A DNA stretch of 64,000 nucleotides. Source: Candidatus Latescibacterota bacterium. Lineage in GTDB: Bacteria; Latescibacterota; UBA2968; UBA8231. Every line of letters begins with the position of its first letter. Position 1 is the stretch's first letter. Below, piece after piece: positions 36,600 through 45,845 of the stretch. The translations under genes and the position numbers were made by a program. The notes under the pieces were generated by a model. The model made no database searches and was not told the DNA's origin. It worked only from the letters and a program-made list of their open reading frames with translations. The stretch covers positions 5,856,001 through 5,920,000 of the forward strand of contig OZ241867.1 of assembly GCA_965203175.1 (NCBI GenBank), written 5' to 3'.

Positions 36600-37163
36600 T
36601 CATAAGCGAAGAAAATTATTCAGTAGTTGTTTGCCTTCTATGGTCAGAATCGACTCGGGATGGAACTGCACCCCTTCGAGGGGCCATCGCCGGTGCCGAA
36701 TCCCCATAACCATCCCGTCCTCGCTCGTAGCCGATACTTGCAGGCATTCGGGCAAACTCTCCCGCTCGACAGCCAGCGAGTGATAGCGAGTAGCGACGAA
36801 GGGATTTTGCAGGCCGGCGAATAGCGTGCGGCCGTCGTGTTGCACTGGTGTCGCGCGGCCGTGGACGATCTCGTCGGCCCGCACGACGCGCCCGCCGCAA
36901 ACTTGGGCGATGACTTGGTGCCCCAAGCACACGCCCAAAATGGGGATCACACCGGCCAACCGCTCGACGAGCGCACACGAAATTCCAGCTTGATCTGGGC
37001 CACCAGGACCAGGCGAGATAACGACGCGCTCGGGCGCGAGCGAAACCGCTGCGGCGACCGTCAATTCGTCGTTGCGCAAGACCTTGGTTGCCGCCCCTAA
37101 TTCCTCTAAATAATGCACCAAATTGTAGGTAAAGGAGTCGTAGTTATCAAGTATCAGCAGCAT
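36600..37163 (-). CDS. trpG: Glutamine amidotransferase, TrpG/PabA
   Basis: DNYDSFT, SPGPG, GVCLGHQ, RYHSL, QFHPES. Confidence 0.88.
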   Translation of the reverse strand: MLLILDNYDSFTYNLVHYLEELGAATKVLRNDELTVAAAVSLAPERVVISPGPGGPDQAGISCALVERLAGVIPILGVCLGHQVIAQVCGGRVVRADEIVHGRATPVQHDGRTLFAGLQNPFVATRYHSLAVERESLPECLQVSATSEDGMVMGIRHRRWPLEGVQFHPESILTIEGKQLLNNFLRL

Positions 37164-37167
37164 GGCT

Positions 37168-39345
37168 TCAGCGCGCTAGTTTCCCTATCACTTGGGCGAT
37201 CAGCCGCAAGCCTAAATCGTCCTTGAGCGTCAAAATCGACTCCGGGTGAAACTGCACCGCTGCCACCGGCAACTCGCGGTGCTCCACTGCCATGATGACC
37301 CCATCGTCGGTCTGCGCTAACACCCGCAAACACTCGGGCAGCTTCTTCGGCACGGCGTAAAGCGAATGATAGCGCCCGGCGACAAACTCCGTGGGGAATC
37401 CGTCGAAAATCCCTTCGGGCGTGCAGCGGATCGTCGATTCCTTGCCGTGCATCGGATAGGAAAGCACCCCCAGCTCGCCACCGAGACCCTCGACGATGCC
37501 CTGCAATCCGAGACACACGCCAAAAACCGGCAGCGCACGTCTCACGCACTCGTTGACCAGTTCCGGCACGCCGAATTCCTCGGGCGTACCTGGCCCCGGC
37601 GAGATGAAGACCAGATCGGGATCAAAATCGGCGAAGACGCGCTGGGGGTCCCGCAGACCCCGCGCACCGCTGCCGTCGCGCGATCTAGCAGCGCGCACGG
37701 TCACCACCTCCGCTCCCGTCTGCCGCACGTAATCGCCGAGCGTATGCACGAAAGAGTCGCGGTTATCGACGAAGAGCACCCGCTTGCCCTGCCCCGAAGT
37801 CGCGATTTGAGTGACCTTATCCTTGGCGTCGTCAGCGCCGATCACCGCGTTGATAAAGGTCTCGGCCTTGGCTCGCGTCTCGCGCTCCTCAGCGTCGGGG
37901 TCCGAGTCGCACAGCAGAGTCGCCCCCGCCCGTACTTTGGCGATGCCGTCCTCCAAGTGTACAGTGCGGATGGTGATTCCGGTGTTGATCTCGCCGCTGA
38001 AAAGCAACATGCCAACGCAGCCGCCGTACCAGCGCCGCGCCGAGTTTTCCAATTCCTCGATCTTCTGCATGGCCGCTGGTTTGGGCGCGCCAGTAAGCGT
38101 CACCGCCCACATATGCGACAGCAGGGCGTCGAACCCATCGCAGTCGTCCTTCAGCTCTCCGACGACTTGGTCCACCGTGTGAAAAACCTTTGAGTACCTT
38201 TCGATCATCCGCCGCCCGACCACCCGCACCGAGCCTTCCTTGCAAATCCGCGCTTTGTCGTTGCGATCGACATCCGTACACATGTTCAACTCGGCCTCGT
38301 CCTTTTTTGAGTTGAGCAAGTCGCGGATCTGTTCGGCGTCCTCCATCACGGTTTTACCTCGGCCGATGGTCCCGGCAATCGGACAAGTCTCGATGAACGA
38401 CCCATTGACCCGCACGAACATCTCGGGCGAAGCGCCGATCAGATACTCGTCGCCGAGGTTGATGAAGAACTCATAGGGGCTAGGGCTAGTGCGGCGGATA
38501 TTCTCAAAGAGGGTGTGCGGGTCGCCCGCATAGCCAGCGCTGAGTACTTGGCTCGGCGTCACCTCAAAGAAGTCGCCGCGCTCGGTACCGGCGATGACCT
38601 CGCGCACCTTGTCGGCGTATTCCCCAGGGGCGTGGTCGCACGTAATCTCGGACGCTGCGCCGCGCACATAGGGCACGGCGTCCGTGCCGCGCTCCATGCC
38701 CTCGGTTGACAACCCATCGGCGGCAAACTCATAGCAATAACGCCGCGCCTGCTCCTTGCGGTGATCTACTACGACTAGTTCGTCAGGCAAAAAGAGGTGC
38801 AGATCGGGCCGGTCCTCGCGGCGCGGGTGGCGCAGTTGGAGCGGCTCAAACTGGAGTACCAAGTCGTAGCCCAGCGCCCCGTAAAATCCCAAGTGATTTT
38901 CGCCCTCGGCTCGCATCAGCGCCACCAAGGCGCGCAGGACGCTGAAGATCGTCGGCTGCTTGGACCGCTCCTCTTCGGCGAAATACTCGGGCATCTGCGC
39001 CACCGCGCCTTTGAGCTGGCCATCTGCTAGCTCCAACTCCGTCACATGCTCGTGCTCGGCGAGGCTGCCGCGAAAAATCTCCAGCAACATCTCGCCGCGC
39101 GCGTTGAGCGCCCGAAAGGCAAAGGAGCGCTGACGCGCCACCAACTCCAGCGGCGGATCGACGAAACCAATGTCCCAGCGGCTATAGCGCCCTGGATACT
39201 CGTAGCCGCTGGCGAAGACAGCGCCTCGGTGGGTATTGAGCCGTTCTAGCAATGTCTCTAGCGGCCTTTCTATGGGCAATTCCTCGGTCTGGCGCTTGAC
39301 TTCGACGCCGCCAGCCGTGCGAAAAGTTTCCGTGTGAATCGTCAT
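37168..39345 (-). CDS. trpE: Fused anthranilate synthase TrpE(G)
   Basis: YEYPGRYSRWD, PSPY, ASPE, TGAPK, then a GATase domain (DSFVHTL, GVCLG, QFHPES). Start MTIHTE at 39345 with GGAG RBS, downstream of the attenuator. Confidence 0.93.
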   Translation of the reverse strand: MTIHTETFRTAGGVEVKRQTEELPIERPLETLLERLNTHRGAVFASGYEYPGRYSRWDIGFVDPPLELVARQRSFAFRALNARGEMLLEIFRGSLAEHEHVTELELADGQLKGAVAQMPEYFAEEERSKQPTIFSVLRALVALMRAEGENHLGFYGALGYDLVLQFEPLQLRHPRREDRPDLHLFLPDELVVVDHRKEQARRYCYEFAADGLSTEGMERGTDAVPYVRGAASEITCDHAPGEYADKVREVIAGTERGDFFEVTPSQVLSAGYAGDPHTLFENIRRTSPSPYEFFINLGDEYLIGASPEMFVRVNGSFIETCPIAGTIGRGKTVMEDAEQIRDLLNSKKDEAELNMCTDVDRNDKARICKEGSVRVVGRRMIERYSKVFHTVDQVVGELKDDCDGFDALLSHMWAVTLTGAPKPAAMQKIEELENSARRWYGGCVGMLLFSGEINTGITIRTVHLEDGIAKVRAGATLLCDSDPDAEERETRAKAETFINAVIGADDAKDKVTQIATSGQGKRVLFVDNRDSFVHTLGDYVRQTGAEVVTVRAARSRDGSGARGLRDPQRVFADFDPDLVFISPGPGTPEEFGVPELVNECVRRALPVFGVCLGLQGIVEGLGGELGVLSYPMHGKESTIRCTPEGIFDGFPTEFVAGRYHSLYAVPKKLPECLRVLAQTDDGVIMAVEHRELPVAAVQFHPESILTLKDDLGLRLIAQVIGKLAR

Positions 39346-39361
39346 GTTGTTCTCCAAGTAC

Positions 39362-39395
39362 AAAAAAAACGCGGACACCCGAGGGCGTCCGCGTT
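39362..39395 (-). terminator. trp attenuator terminator hairpin
   Basis: AACGCGGACGCCC-TC-GGGTGTCCGCGTT running into a T-tract, just before the trpE RBS. Confidence 0.92.
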
Positions 39396-39421
39396 GGATT
39401 GAAAATTCATCTCGTCGCAAT

Positions 39422-39502
39422 CTAGCAGATGGACGCACCTCTCTCCCTGCTCGGGGAATACCAAGCGCGCCACCAGCGACGAATGTGAGGCGAAGATTTC
39501 AT
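39422..39502 (-). CDS. trpL: trp operon leader peptide, 26 aa (MKSSPHIRRWWRAWYSPSRERGASIC)
   Basis: Tandem TGG TGG plus a third Trp; GCGTCC near its 3' end can pair with GGACGC in the terminator 5' arm. Confidence 0.9.
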   Translation of the reverse strand: MKSSPHIRRWWRAWYSPSRERGASIC

Positions 39503-39511
39503 AACGCGCAG

Positions 39512-39540
39512 AAAGTAAAGGGGAGTTTTTGTACTGTCAA
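39512..39540 (-). promoter_or_regulatory. Sigma70 promoter of the trp/aro operon
   Basis: TTGACA-17 bp-TACTTT, ending 9 nt before the trpL ATG. Confidence 0.8.
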
Positions 39541-39554
39541 GGGCCTAGCCTTGC

Positions 39555-42542
39555 TCAGCGAATCAACGCCAATTTGGCCGTTTGGACGGCACCTCCAGCT
39601 TGCAACACGGCCCAATAGACCCCGGAAGCCGCCTCTACACCCGCATCCGTGCGGCCATCCCAACGCACGCGGTGCGCACCAGCTTCCACCCAGCCATCCG
39701 CCAACATGCGAATCTGCTGTCCCATTAAATTATAGACGGAAATCCGCACGGGACCAGCGTCAGCGACGGTGAAAGGAATAGTAACTTCCGCGTTAAACGG
39801 CGTAGGGAAAGGATCGCCCAAACCATCCAGCAGCTTGGACAAAAGCCGCGTCCCCGCGGCGAGCTTGGCACTAAACGGCCTCCACAACGCCACATCCTTC
39901 AACTGCCAACGGACGAAGGCTGACGCGCGGTCTTGGTTGATGATATTGCGGAACTCGATGACGTTTTGCTCGGACTGAAGGTATGTCCCATCGAGGACGA
40001 GATACCAAGTCCGCCAATCCTCCTCCGCTATGAGCACTTCATACCTTTGTTCGTTGAGGAAAATGACGACCTCGTCGCCGCTTATTTCCTTAGTCGAAAA
40101 CTGACACAGGACATCGCGATTGATTCCCTCAAAACCGAATTTGACGCTTTTGGGATTTTTGCTAACCGCAGGCGGACTGTAACCGAAAATTCCACTGCTC
40201 GGCAGTGGCTCTATCCATTCACTGCCAATCTCCACTTGCGCAGACCCGGTGGCCCCATCGGCGGTAAAAACCCGCACCCCACCACTGCGGGCCAGAGACG
40301 GAACCCGGACGACGATGATGCCACTAGACCAGACCGCATAATCGTCAGCCGCCGCTTGCACATTAGGGTTAAACAACACGTACCCCGTGCCGCGCTCGTG
40401 GCCAAAGTTGCCGCCGATCAGCGTTAGGTTCTCTCCAACTTGTACTTGCGATGGCGAAAGTTGCGCCAGATACGGACTGGCGATTTCCATGCGGACGGCA
40501 TTGCTGGTCCCTTCAGCCGTCACAACGGTTACATCGCCCGAAGGCGCATTGCGCGGAACGCGAAACCGTATCGTCTGATCTGACCAAGTCTCAAATGAAG
40601 ACACGGCGACCGAATCAATCCACGCGGAACCGCTGTCCCGCGCTAGGCCGAAATTGTCTCCGTTAATTTGGATGAGGTCGTCGGTCTTGGCCCCCGCATC
40701 CATGCGCGTGTGATTGGTGATCGCCTCAATGTAAGGCGACGTGACGACCACCTGTGCGCTGTCGCTGCCGCCGCCAGTTATCACCCGCACCGCGCCGGTG
40801 CGAGCGCCGGTTGGTACGCGCACTTGAATCTGCGCGTCACTCCAAGCGAGATAGTCGGAATCACTCGGCTCCTTCCCCGCAAAAAAGACCACTTTACCCG
40901 TCCCTTTGTCAGTGCCAAAACCCTGGCCGACAATGGTAGTTGTTTGGCCGTATTGAACGCGACGCGGCGAGACATCCGCAATTTGCGGCGCTGAAACCGA
41001 CAGCACGAGTTTGCCGTATCCCGTGCTGTCGTCCTTGCCCGGCACCCCCACATCAACGGTGGCCTCGACGAGAGCCTTCCACAGATCGTCTCGCGAGAGC
41101 GAAGGATTGGCCGATTTGAGCAGGGCGGCTGCACCAGCCACGTGGGGAGCCGCAGCCGAGGTCCCCCCAAACAACTTATCTGCACCATAAGAAGCCGTTG
41201 TCACGCCCGAAGGCGCGACGAGGTCGGGCTTGATGCGGCCATCGGCAGTGGGGCCGCGCGAACTATAGCTTGCCACTATGCCCAAGTCCCATTGATCGCG
41301 ATGGATCGCCCCAACGCTCAACGCACCGCGAGCGTCCGACGGAATCCCCAAGCTGCTAGCCGGAATCGGATATTCGATGTCGTGGTGCCAAGACCACACT
41401 CGCAGCTTCTTGGGCTCGGCCTCGCCGACGCGGACGATGGAAATGCCATACGTGCCCGCTCTCCCAACGAAGTATTCTATAAACTCCACAGGAGCGCCGC
41501 CTTCGCCCTGAACATCAGTGCTTTTGCTAACTTCTTCGATATTGCCGAACGCGTCTTGATAGTAGAGATACAGGTCGTAGTCCGCAGCAGTGATGGGCCA
41601 ATCGTCCCAAGTCAGCGTCACGTTTATGACGTCGGCGATTCCGATTTCGTCGACAAAATTCACCATCTCGTCGCCAGCGGCAAAATCGTGCCGATTGTCG
41701 GCATCGCTATCGTGCCAAAAACCCATGTAGTGCTTTCGGGCGTAATTGCCGACGGCGTTGACCCAGAGAATGCCGTTGTCAGCCGCGTCATTTACGATGT
41801 CGCAGATGATCCCGCGCCCGTCCCCAAAGCCCTCGTTCACCCAAGTCGCCGAGTAGTTTACGATGGCAACTCCGTTTTGTATGCAGCGGTCTTTGGCATT
41901 CTCCAAATCCACTTCATCCGCAACCTTGTACAGATAGAGTTCAGCTTCTGGAGCCACGTCGTGGATGATCTCGGCACATGCCGTGCCGTGGGCGTCCACG
42001 CCGGCGTATATCCCCTCACCCGTATAATCGCGGTACCACCGACGCACCGGCATATCTTCGGGCAATTTATCGGCTCCCTTAAATCCGCCGTCGATAACCG
42101 CCACCTTGGCCCCTTGGCCTTTCGCGCCAGCGGCGTGGTTTTCGCGAGCGTGGATGAGCGCTAAACCCTCGCTATAGGTCTGTTGCGCGTGCGGACGGCG
42201 TGGCCTGCGGACAAAGGCCACACTAGGCAACTCAGACACCGCCCGCAGCGATGCAGCCGGTACGGACACGCGCATCAGGCTTTTGGACCGGGCCAAGATC
42301 TCGACGCCAAGGGTGGCTAACGCCGTAGTGTCAATGGTGACCGCCGTGCCCGCTGCGGGCACCAAAATGACGACCACATCTGAGCCAGCTCTGGCGCGAG
42401 TCGGCTTGGCCGCCGAGGGCGCAGCCAAGTCCCACAGCGCGCTTTCTATATTGGGAGGGCCGACGGGTTTAGCCGGCGCAACGTCGAGATCTTGTCCCCA
42501 CAGGGGTACCGCAAAAAGGAGGAAAAGTAAGGTATGGCGCAC
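39555..42542 (-). CDS. Secreted S8 subtilase with IPT/TIG repeats and a FlgD-Ig/T9SS-CTD-like C-terminal domain
   Basis: Signal peptide; triad VIDGG, HGTAC, GTSAAAPH; three IPT-like units; PFPTPFN...YNLMGQ...WDG...SGVY tail. Confidence 0.9.
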   Translation of the reverse strand: MRHTLLFLLFAVPLWGQDLDVAPAKPVGPPNIESALWDLAAPSAAKPTRARAGSDVVVILVPAAGTAVTIDTTALATLGVEILARSKSLMRVSVPAASLRAVSELPSVAFVRRPRRPHAQQTYSEGLALIHARENHAAGAKGQGAKVAVIDGGFKGADKLPEDMPVRRWYRDYTGEGIYAGVDAHGTACAEIIHDVAPEAELYLYKVADEVDLENAKDRCIQNGVAIVNYSATWVNEGFGDGRGIICDIVNDAADNGILWVNAVGNYARKHYMGFWHDSDADNRHDFAAGDEMVNFVDEIGIADVINVTLTWDDWPITAADYDLYLYYQDAFGNIEEVSKSTDVQGEGGAPVEFIEYFVGRAGTYGISIVRVGEAEPKKLRVWSWHHDIEYPIPASSLGIPSDARGALSVGAIHRDQWDLGIVASYSSRGPTADGRIKPDLVAPSGVTTASYGADKLFGGTSAAAPHVAGAAALLKSANPSLSRDDLWKALVEATVDVGVPGKDDSTGYGKLVLSVSAPQIADVSPRRVQYGQTTTIVGQGFGTDKGTGKVVFFAGKEPSDSDYLAWSDAQIQVRVPTGARTGAVRVITGGGSDSAQVVVTSPYIEAITNHTRMDAGAKTDDLIQINGDNFGLARDSGSAWIDSVAVSSFETWSDQTIRFRVPRNAPSGDVTVVTAEGTSNAVRMEIASPYLAQLSPSQVQVGENLTLIGGNFGHERGTGYVLFNPNVQAAADDYAVWSSGIIVVRVPSLARSGGVRVFTADGATGSAQVEIGSEWIEPLPSSGIFGYSPPAVSKNPKSVKFGFEGINRDVLCQFSTKEISGDEVVIFLNEQRYEVLIAEEDWRTWYLVLDGTYLQSEQNVIEFRNIINQDRASAFVRWQLKDVALWRPFSAKLAAGTRLLSKLLDGLGDPFPTPFNAEVTIPFTVADAGPVRISVYNLMGQQIRMLADGWVEAGAHRVRWDGRTDAGVEAASGVYWAVLQAGGAVQTAKLALIR

Positions 42543-42552
42543 GGCGTCAGGG

Positions 42553-43500
42553 TCAGCGAGCTTTGTACGATTCGCGTGTGCCCTGCATTCCTAGCTCTTT
42601 GGTGCGCGACAAAAGTGCGAGTTGCTCGTCGGCGGCCAAGGGCGCGAACTGGCGGGCGATGTCCGCATTCTGCCGCAACTTTTCCAGCGAATCCATCCCG
42701 GAACACACGGTAGCTACCGGCAGGCTCATGGCGTAGCGCAGGCACTCTGTCACCGTCGCCACACCTGTTGCGAGGATCGCTTCGGGCCTACCCCCCAAGG
42801 TCTTCATGGCGATGACCCCGATATTTTTTTCCACTGCGAGCGGCAGCACCTGCTCGACAAAACTGAGGTAGTGCGGGTCGAACACATTGATCGGCATTTG
42901 CGTGGCGTCCCAAGCAAAGCCGCGCTCGATCATCTCCACGTGCAGAGAGGGCAAGGTATGGCCAGTGAAGCCAATGTAGCGGATCTTGCCCTCCTCTTTG
43001 GCTTTGAGTACAGCCTCTAGCAGGCCCTGTTCATAAATCCGCTCTGGGTCGTCGGATAATTTGATATTGTGAAACTGCCACAAATCGATCACGTCGGTTT
43101 GCAGTCGGCGCAAGCTCTCTTCGAGGTGGGCAATCGCCCGCTTGGGGTGGCGGCTCGCGTCCTTAGTCATTAGAAATACTCGATCGCGATAACCACCGCT
43201 CAACACCTTGCCCATGCGTATCTCGCTCGCGCCGTTGGAATAGCCCCAAGCATTGTCGAAAAAGTTAATTCCCTCGTCGATGGCCGCGTGCATCAAGGCG
43301 ATGGCCGTTTTCTCCTCCATGTTGCCGTGGTAGGCCATGTGCGCACCGCCCAAGCCGAGTAGAGAAACGGATTCGCCAGTGCGACCCAAGATCCGGTGGG
43401 GCAGGTCGCGGTGGTTCGGAGCGGCACTTATGGAAAGGCCGGCGGCGGCCGCGGTCGAGAGCCTGAGAAAGGTGCGGCGGGAGTAAGGTCTATCGTCCAT
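42553..43500 (-). CDS. Aldo/keto reductase with Tat signal
   Basis: SRRTFL twin-arginine motif; FFDNAWGY, FLMTK, SLRRLQTD.IDL, IGFTGH, IAMK. Confidence 0.88.
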   Translation of the reverse strand: MDDRPYSRRTFLRLSTAAAAGLSISAAPNHRDLPHRILGRTGESVSLLGLGGAHMAYHGNMEEKTAIALMHAAIDEGINFFDNAWGYSNGASEIRMGKVLSGGYRDRVFLMTKDASRHPKRAIAHLEESLRRLQTDVIDLWQFHNIKLSDDPERIYEQGLLEAVLKAKEEGKIRYIGFTGHTLPSLHVEMIERGFAWDATQMPINVFDPHYLSFVEQVLPLAVEKNIGVIAMKTLGGRPEAILATGVATVTECLRYAMSLPVATVCSGMDSLEKLRQNADIARQFAPLAADEQLALLSRTKELGMQGTRESYKAR

Positions 43501-44278
43501 TGAACATAGTCTCCAGTAGATTGTCTCCAGTAATCAACTGCAGCGCCGTCGCCAGCAACATCCCATACACTACCCGATTAAACCACACGTCGCTAAATCG
43601 CTGGAGCAAAAACACACCCAACTTTACCCCGGCGTACGCCAGCGGCGCCAATAGCAAAGTCGTCTTAAAAATGTCGGCGTGAAAAAGCCCCAAGCCCCAA
43701 TAGGGCGGCAGTTTGAGCAAGTTGAGCATGGCAAAGAAGATGACCGTGGTGCCGACGAACACGTGGCGCGGTAGCTGCTGTGGCAGTAGATAGATGACCA
43801 CCGGCGGTGCTCCGGCGTGGGCAATCGTCGAGGTAAAGCCCGAGGTCGCGCCCATCAGCACGCCGGCGAGCGTTCCCGGACGCTGCTTCCGCACGGCCCC
43901 GACAATCGCCGCCCGCCCGAACTGGAAAGCGACAAACAGCAAGGCCAAACAGCCCAAGCCCATCTCTAGAACGCGCTCGTGCTGACTGAAGTACCCGAAA
44001 AAAAAGGCTCCCACGCCGATCCCCAAGGCGGAACCGGGCAGGAGCCGTTTGACACTCGTTTTGTCGAAGGTGCGGCGGTAGTGCCGGACGGCGAATACGT
44101 CGCAGGCGATCAACAGCGGCAACAACAGGGCCACCGCGTCCGCCACCGAAACCGTCAATGCCAAAAGCGGGGTGGCCAAAATGCCGATCCCACCGCCAAA
44201 ACCAGCCTTGGCCACCCCCATCAATAACACTGCACCCACCGCACAGACCCAGAAGGCGGCCGGGTAGGTCGGCAGCAC
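43490..44278 (-). CDS. TauE/SafE-family (sulfite exporter) permease
   Basis: GVAKAGFGGG, SGFTSTIAHAGAPP, multiple TMs; GTG 44278 abuts the upstream TAG. Confidence 0.88.
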   Translation of the reverse strand: MLPTYPAAFWVCAVGAVLLMGVAKAGFGGGIGILATPLLALTVSVADAVALLLPLLIACDVFAVRHYRRTFDKTSVKRLLPGSALGIGVGAFFFGYFSQHERVLEMGLGCLALLFVAFQFGRAAIVGAVRKQRPGTLAGVLMGATSGFTSTIAHAGAPPVVIYLLPQQLPRHVFVGTTVIFFAMLNLLKLPPYWGLGLFHADIFKTTLLLAPLAYAGVKLGVFLLQRFSDVWFNRVVYGMLLATALQLITGDNLLETMFNGR

Positions 44279-45054
44279 TACTCGCCTTCTACGTGGGTTA
44301 CTTCGATATCTAGGTCTTCGCGATTGCGCACGTGATCGACTTGGCCGTCCTTGACCCACACCACGCGGTCGGAGACGCTGAGCATCTTGTGGTCATGGGT
44401 CGCCGAGATGACGGTCACACCGGAATTCTCGTTCATCTCTTTGAGCAATTCGATGATTTCAGTGCCAGTGCGCAGGTCCAGATTCCCCGTCGGCTCATCG
44501 GCGAGGACGACGGCCGGGTCGTTGGCCAAGGCGCGGGCGACGGCCACGCGCTGCTGCTGGCCACCCGAAAGCTCGTTGGGCTTGTGCGAGTGCCGCTCGC
44601 CAAGGCCCACCTTGCCCAAAAGCTCCATCCCCTTGTCGCGGGCCTCGTCGCTGGTCAAGCCGGCGAAGACCATCGGCAAGGTGACGTTTTCGAGCGCGGT
44701 CATTACCGGGATCAAGTTGAACGACTGGAAGATGTAGCCGATCTTGCGGCAGCGCAGCCAAGCCAACTCATACGCGTCGAGCTGGGCGACGTCCACCTCG
44801 TCGATGTACACCTTGCCCTCCGAGGGCTTGTCGAGGCCGCCGACCATGTTGAAGAAGGTGCTCTTGCCCGAGCCCGAAGGCCCCATGATCGACAGGTACT
44901 CGCCGGTGTAGATCTCCATGTCCACTCCGCGTAGGGCGTGAACTTCAATCTCGCCCATCAAGTAAATTTTCTTTACCTGCTGGGTCCGTACTACAGTGCG
45001 TTTTTCCGCTTCTTCTTCTTGGACAGCGACCTCGCCCGGAGCGGTTTCGGTCAT
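44278..45054 (-). CDS. ABC ATP-binding protein (LolD/MacB type)
   Basis: GPSGSGKST, LSGGQQQR, ADEPTGNLD, ATHD. Confidence 0.93.
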   Translation of the reverse strand: MTETAPGEVAVQEEEAEKRTVVRTQQVKKIYLMGEIEVHALRGVDMEIYTGEYLSIMGPSGSGKSTFFNMVGGLDKPSEGKVYIDEVDVAQLDAYELAWLRCRKIGYIFQSFNLIPVMTALENVTLPMVFAGLTSDEARDKGMELLGKVGLGERHSHKPNELSGGQQQRVAVARALANDPAVVLADEPTGNLDLRTGTEIIELLKEMNENSGVTVISATHDHKMLSVSDRVVWVKDGQVDHVRNREDLDIEVTHVEGE

Positions 45055-45074
45055 TTCAGATCTCCTCTAAGGAA

Positions 45075-45776
45075 TCAAGTGTCGGAACGCATGGCCTCGA
45101 CCGGCTCCATCTTGGCCGCGCGGTACGCCGGCAACATAGCACCGACCAGCGAAAGCAGGGTCCCCACCACCAAGGCGTAGCCAGCCGATTCGGCGATGCC
45201 GACCAGTGGGAAATAGGTGAATGTGTAGCCGCCGTAATCGAGCAGAGCCAACCCCAGCGTCAGCGCGAAGCCAATGAGGATTCCCGCCGAAGTCCCCGCC
45301 AACCCCTGAAAAGTCGATTCGAGCAGGAAGAGCTTGACGATAAAGGTGTCCAAGGCCCCGAGGCACTTCATGGTGCCGATTTCGCGGAATCGCTCGGTCA
45401 CCGACATCAACATGGCGTTGGCAATGCCGACGACGCAGACTAAGAGCGAGAGACTGATGAGCCAAGTCTGCTTGGATCGCTCTTCCTGTAGGCGACCTGC
45501 AGCCTCCGCTGAAGCATCGCCGTCCTCGGTGATGCCGGTCTCAATGCCGTTTTTTTGCAACAGCAAGTTGATCTCGCTTTTGTCCGCGTTCCGCAGGCTG
45601 CTGACAATTTCGTTGTTGCTCCACACCGACATTAAAAAGGCGATGGCCAGAATCACACCGCTGGTGGTGATCAGCGAGCGGCCAAAGCGAATTTTCAGGC
45701 TGCGAAAACTAATTTCCACTGCTTTGCTCATCGGCAGCACGATCTCCCGACCGCCTGCCAAACGCCTTTCAGACAT
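45075..45776 (-). CDS. Short FtsX/MacB-type ABC permease
   Basis: GIANAMLMSVTERFREIGTMKCLGA, PAYRAAKMEPVEAMR. Confidence 0.88.
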   Translation of the reverse strand: MSERRLAGGREIVLPMSKAVEISFRSLKIRFGRSLITTSGVILAIAFLMSVWSNNEIVSSLRNADKSEINLLLQKNGIETGITEDGDASAEAAGRLQEERSKQTWLISLSLLVCVVGIANAMLMSVTERFREIGTMKCLGALDTFIVKLFLLESTFQGLAGTSAGILIGFALTLGLALLDYGGYTFTYFPLVGIAESAGYALVVGTLLSLVGAMLPAYRAAKMEPVEAMRSDT

Positions 45777-45805
45777 AGTTATTCTCCCAGCATATGCTCG
45801 CGTTC

Positions 45806-45834
45806 ACAATACGTAAATAAAGGCAAAAAATCAA
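45806..45834 (-). promoter_or_regulatory. Putative sigma70 promoter
   Basis: TTGATT-17 bp-TATTGT upstream of a GGGAG RBS. Confidence 0.45.
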
Positions 45835-45845
45835 CACCTCTCGAC

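Noticed and set aside
39346-39438. Track start for trpE(G) at 39438
   Set aside because: Runs through the attenuator terminator; the RBS supports 39345.
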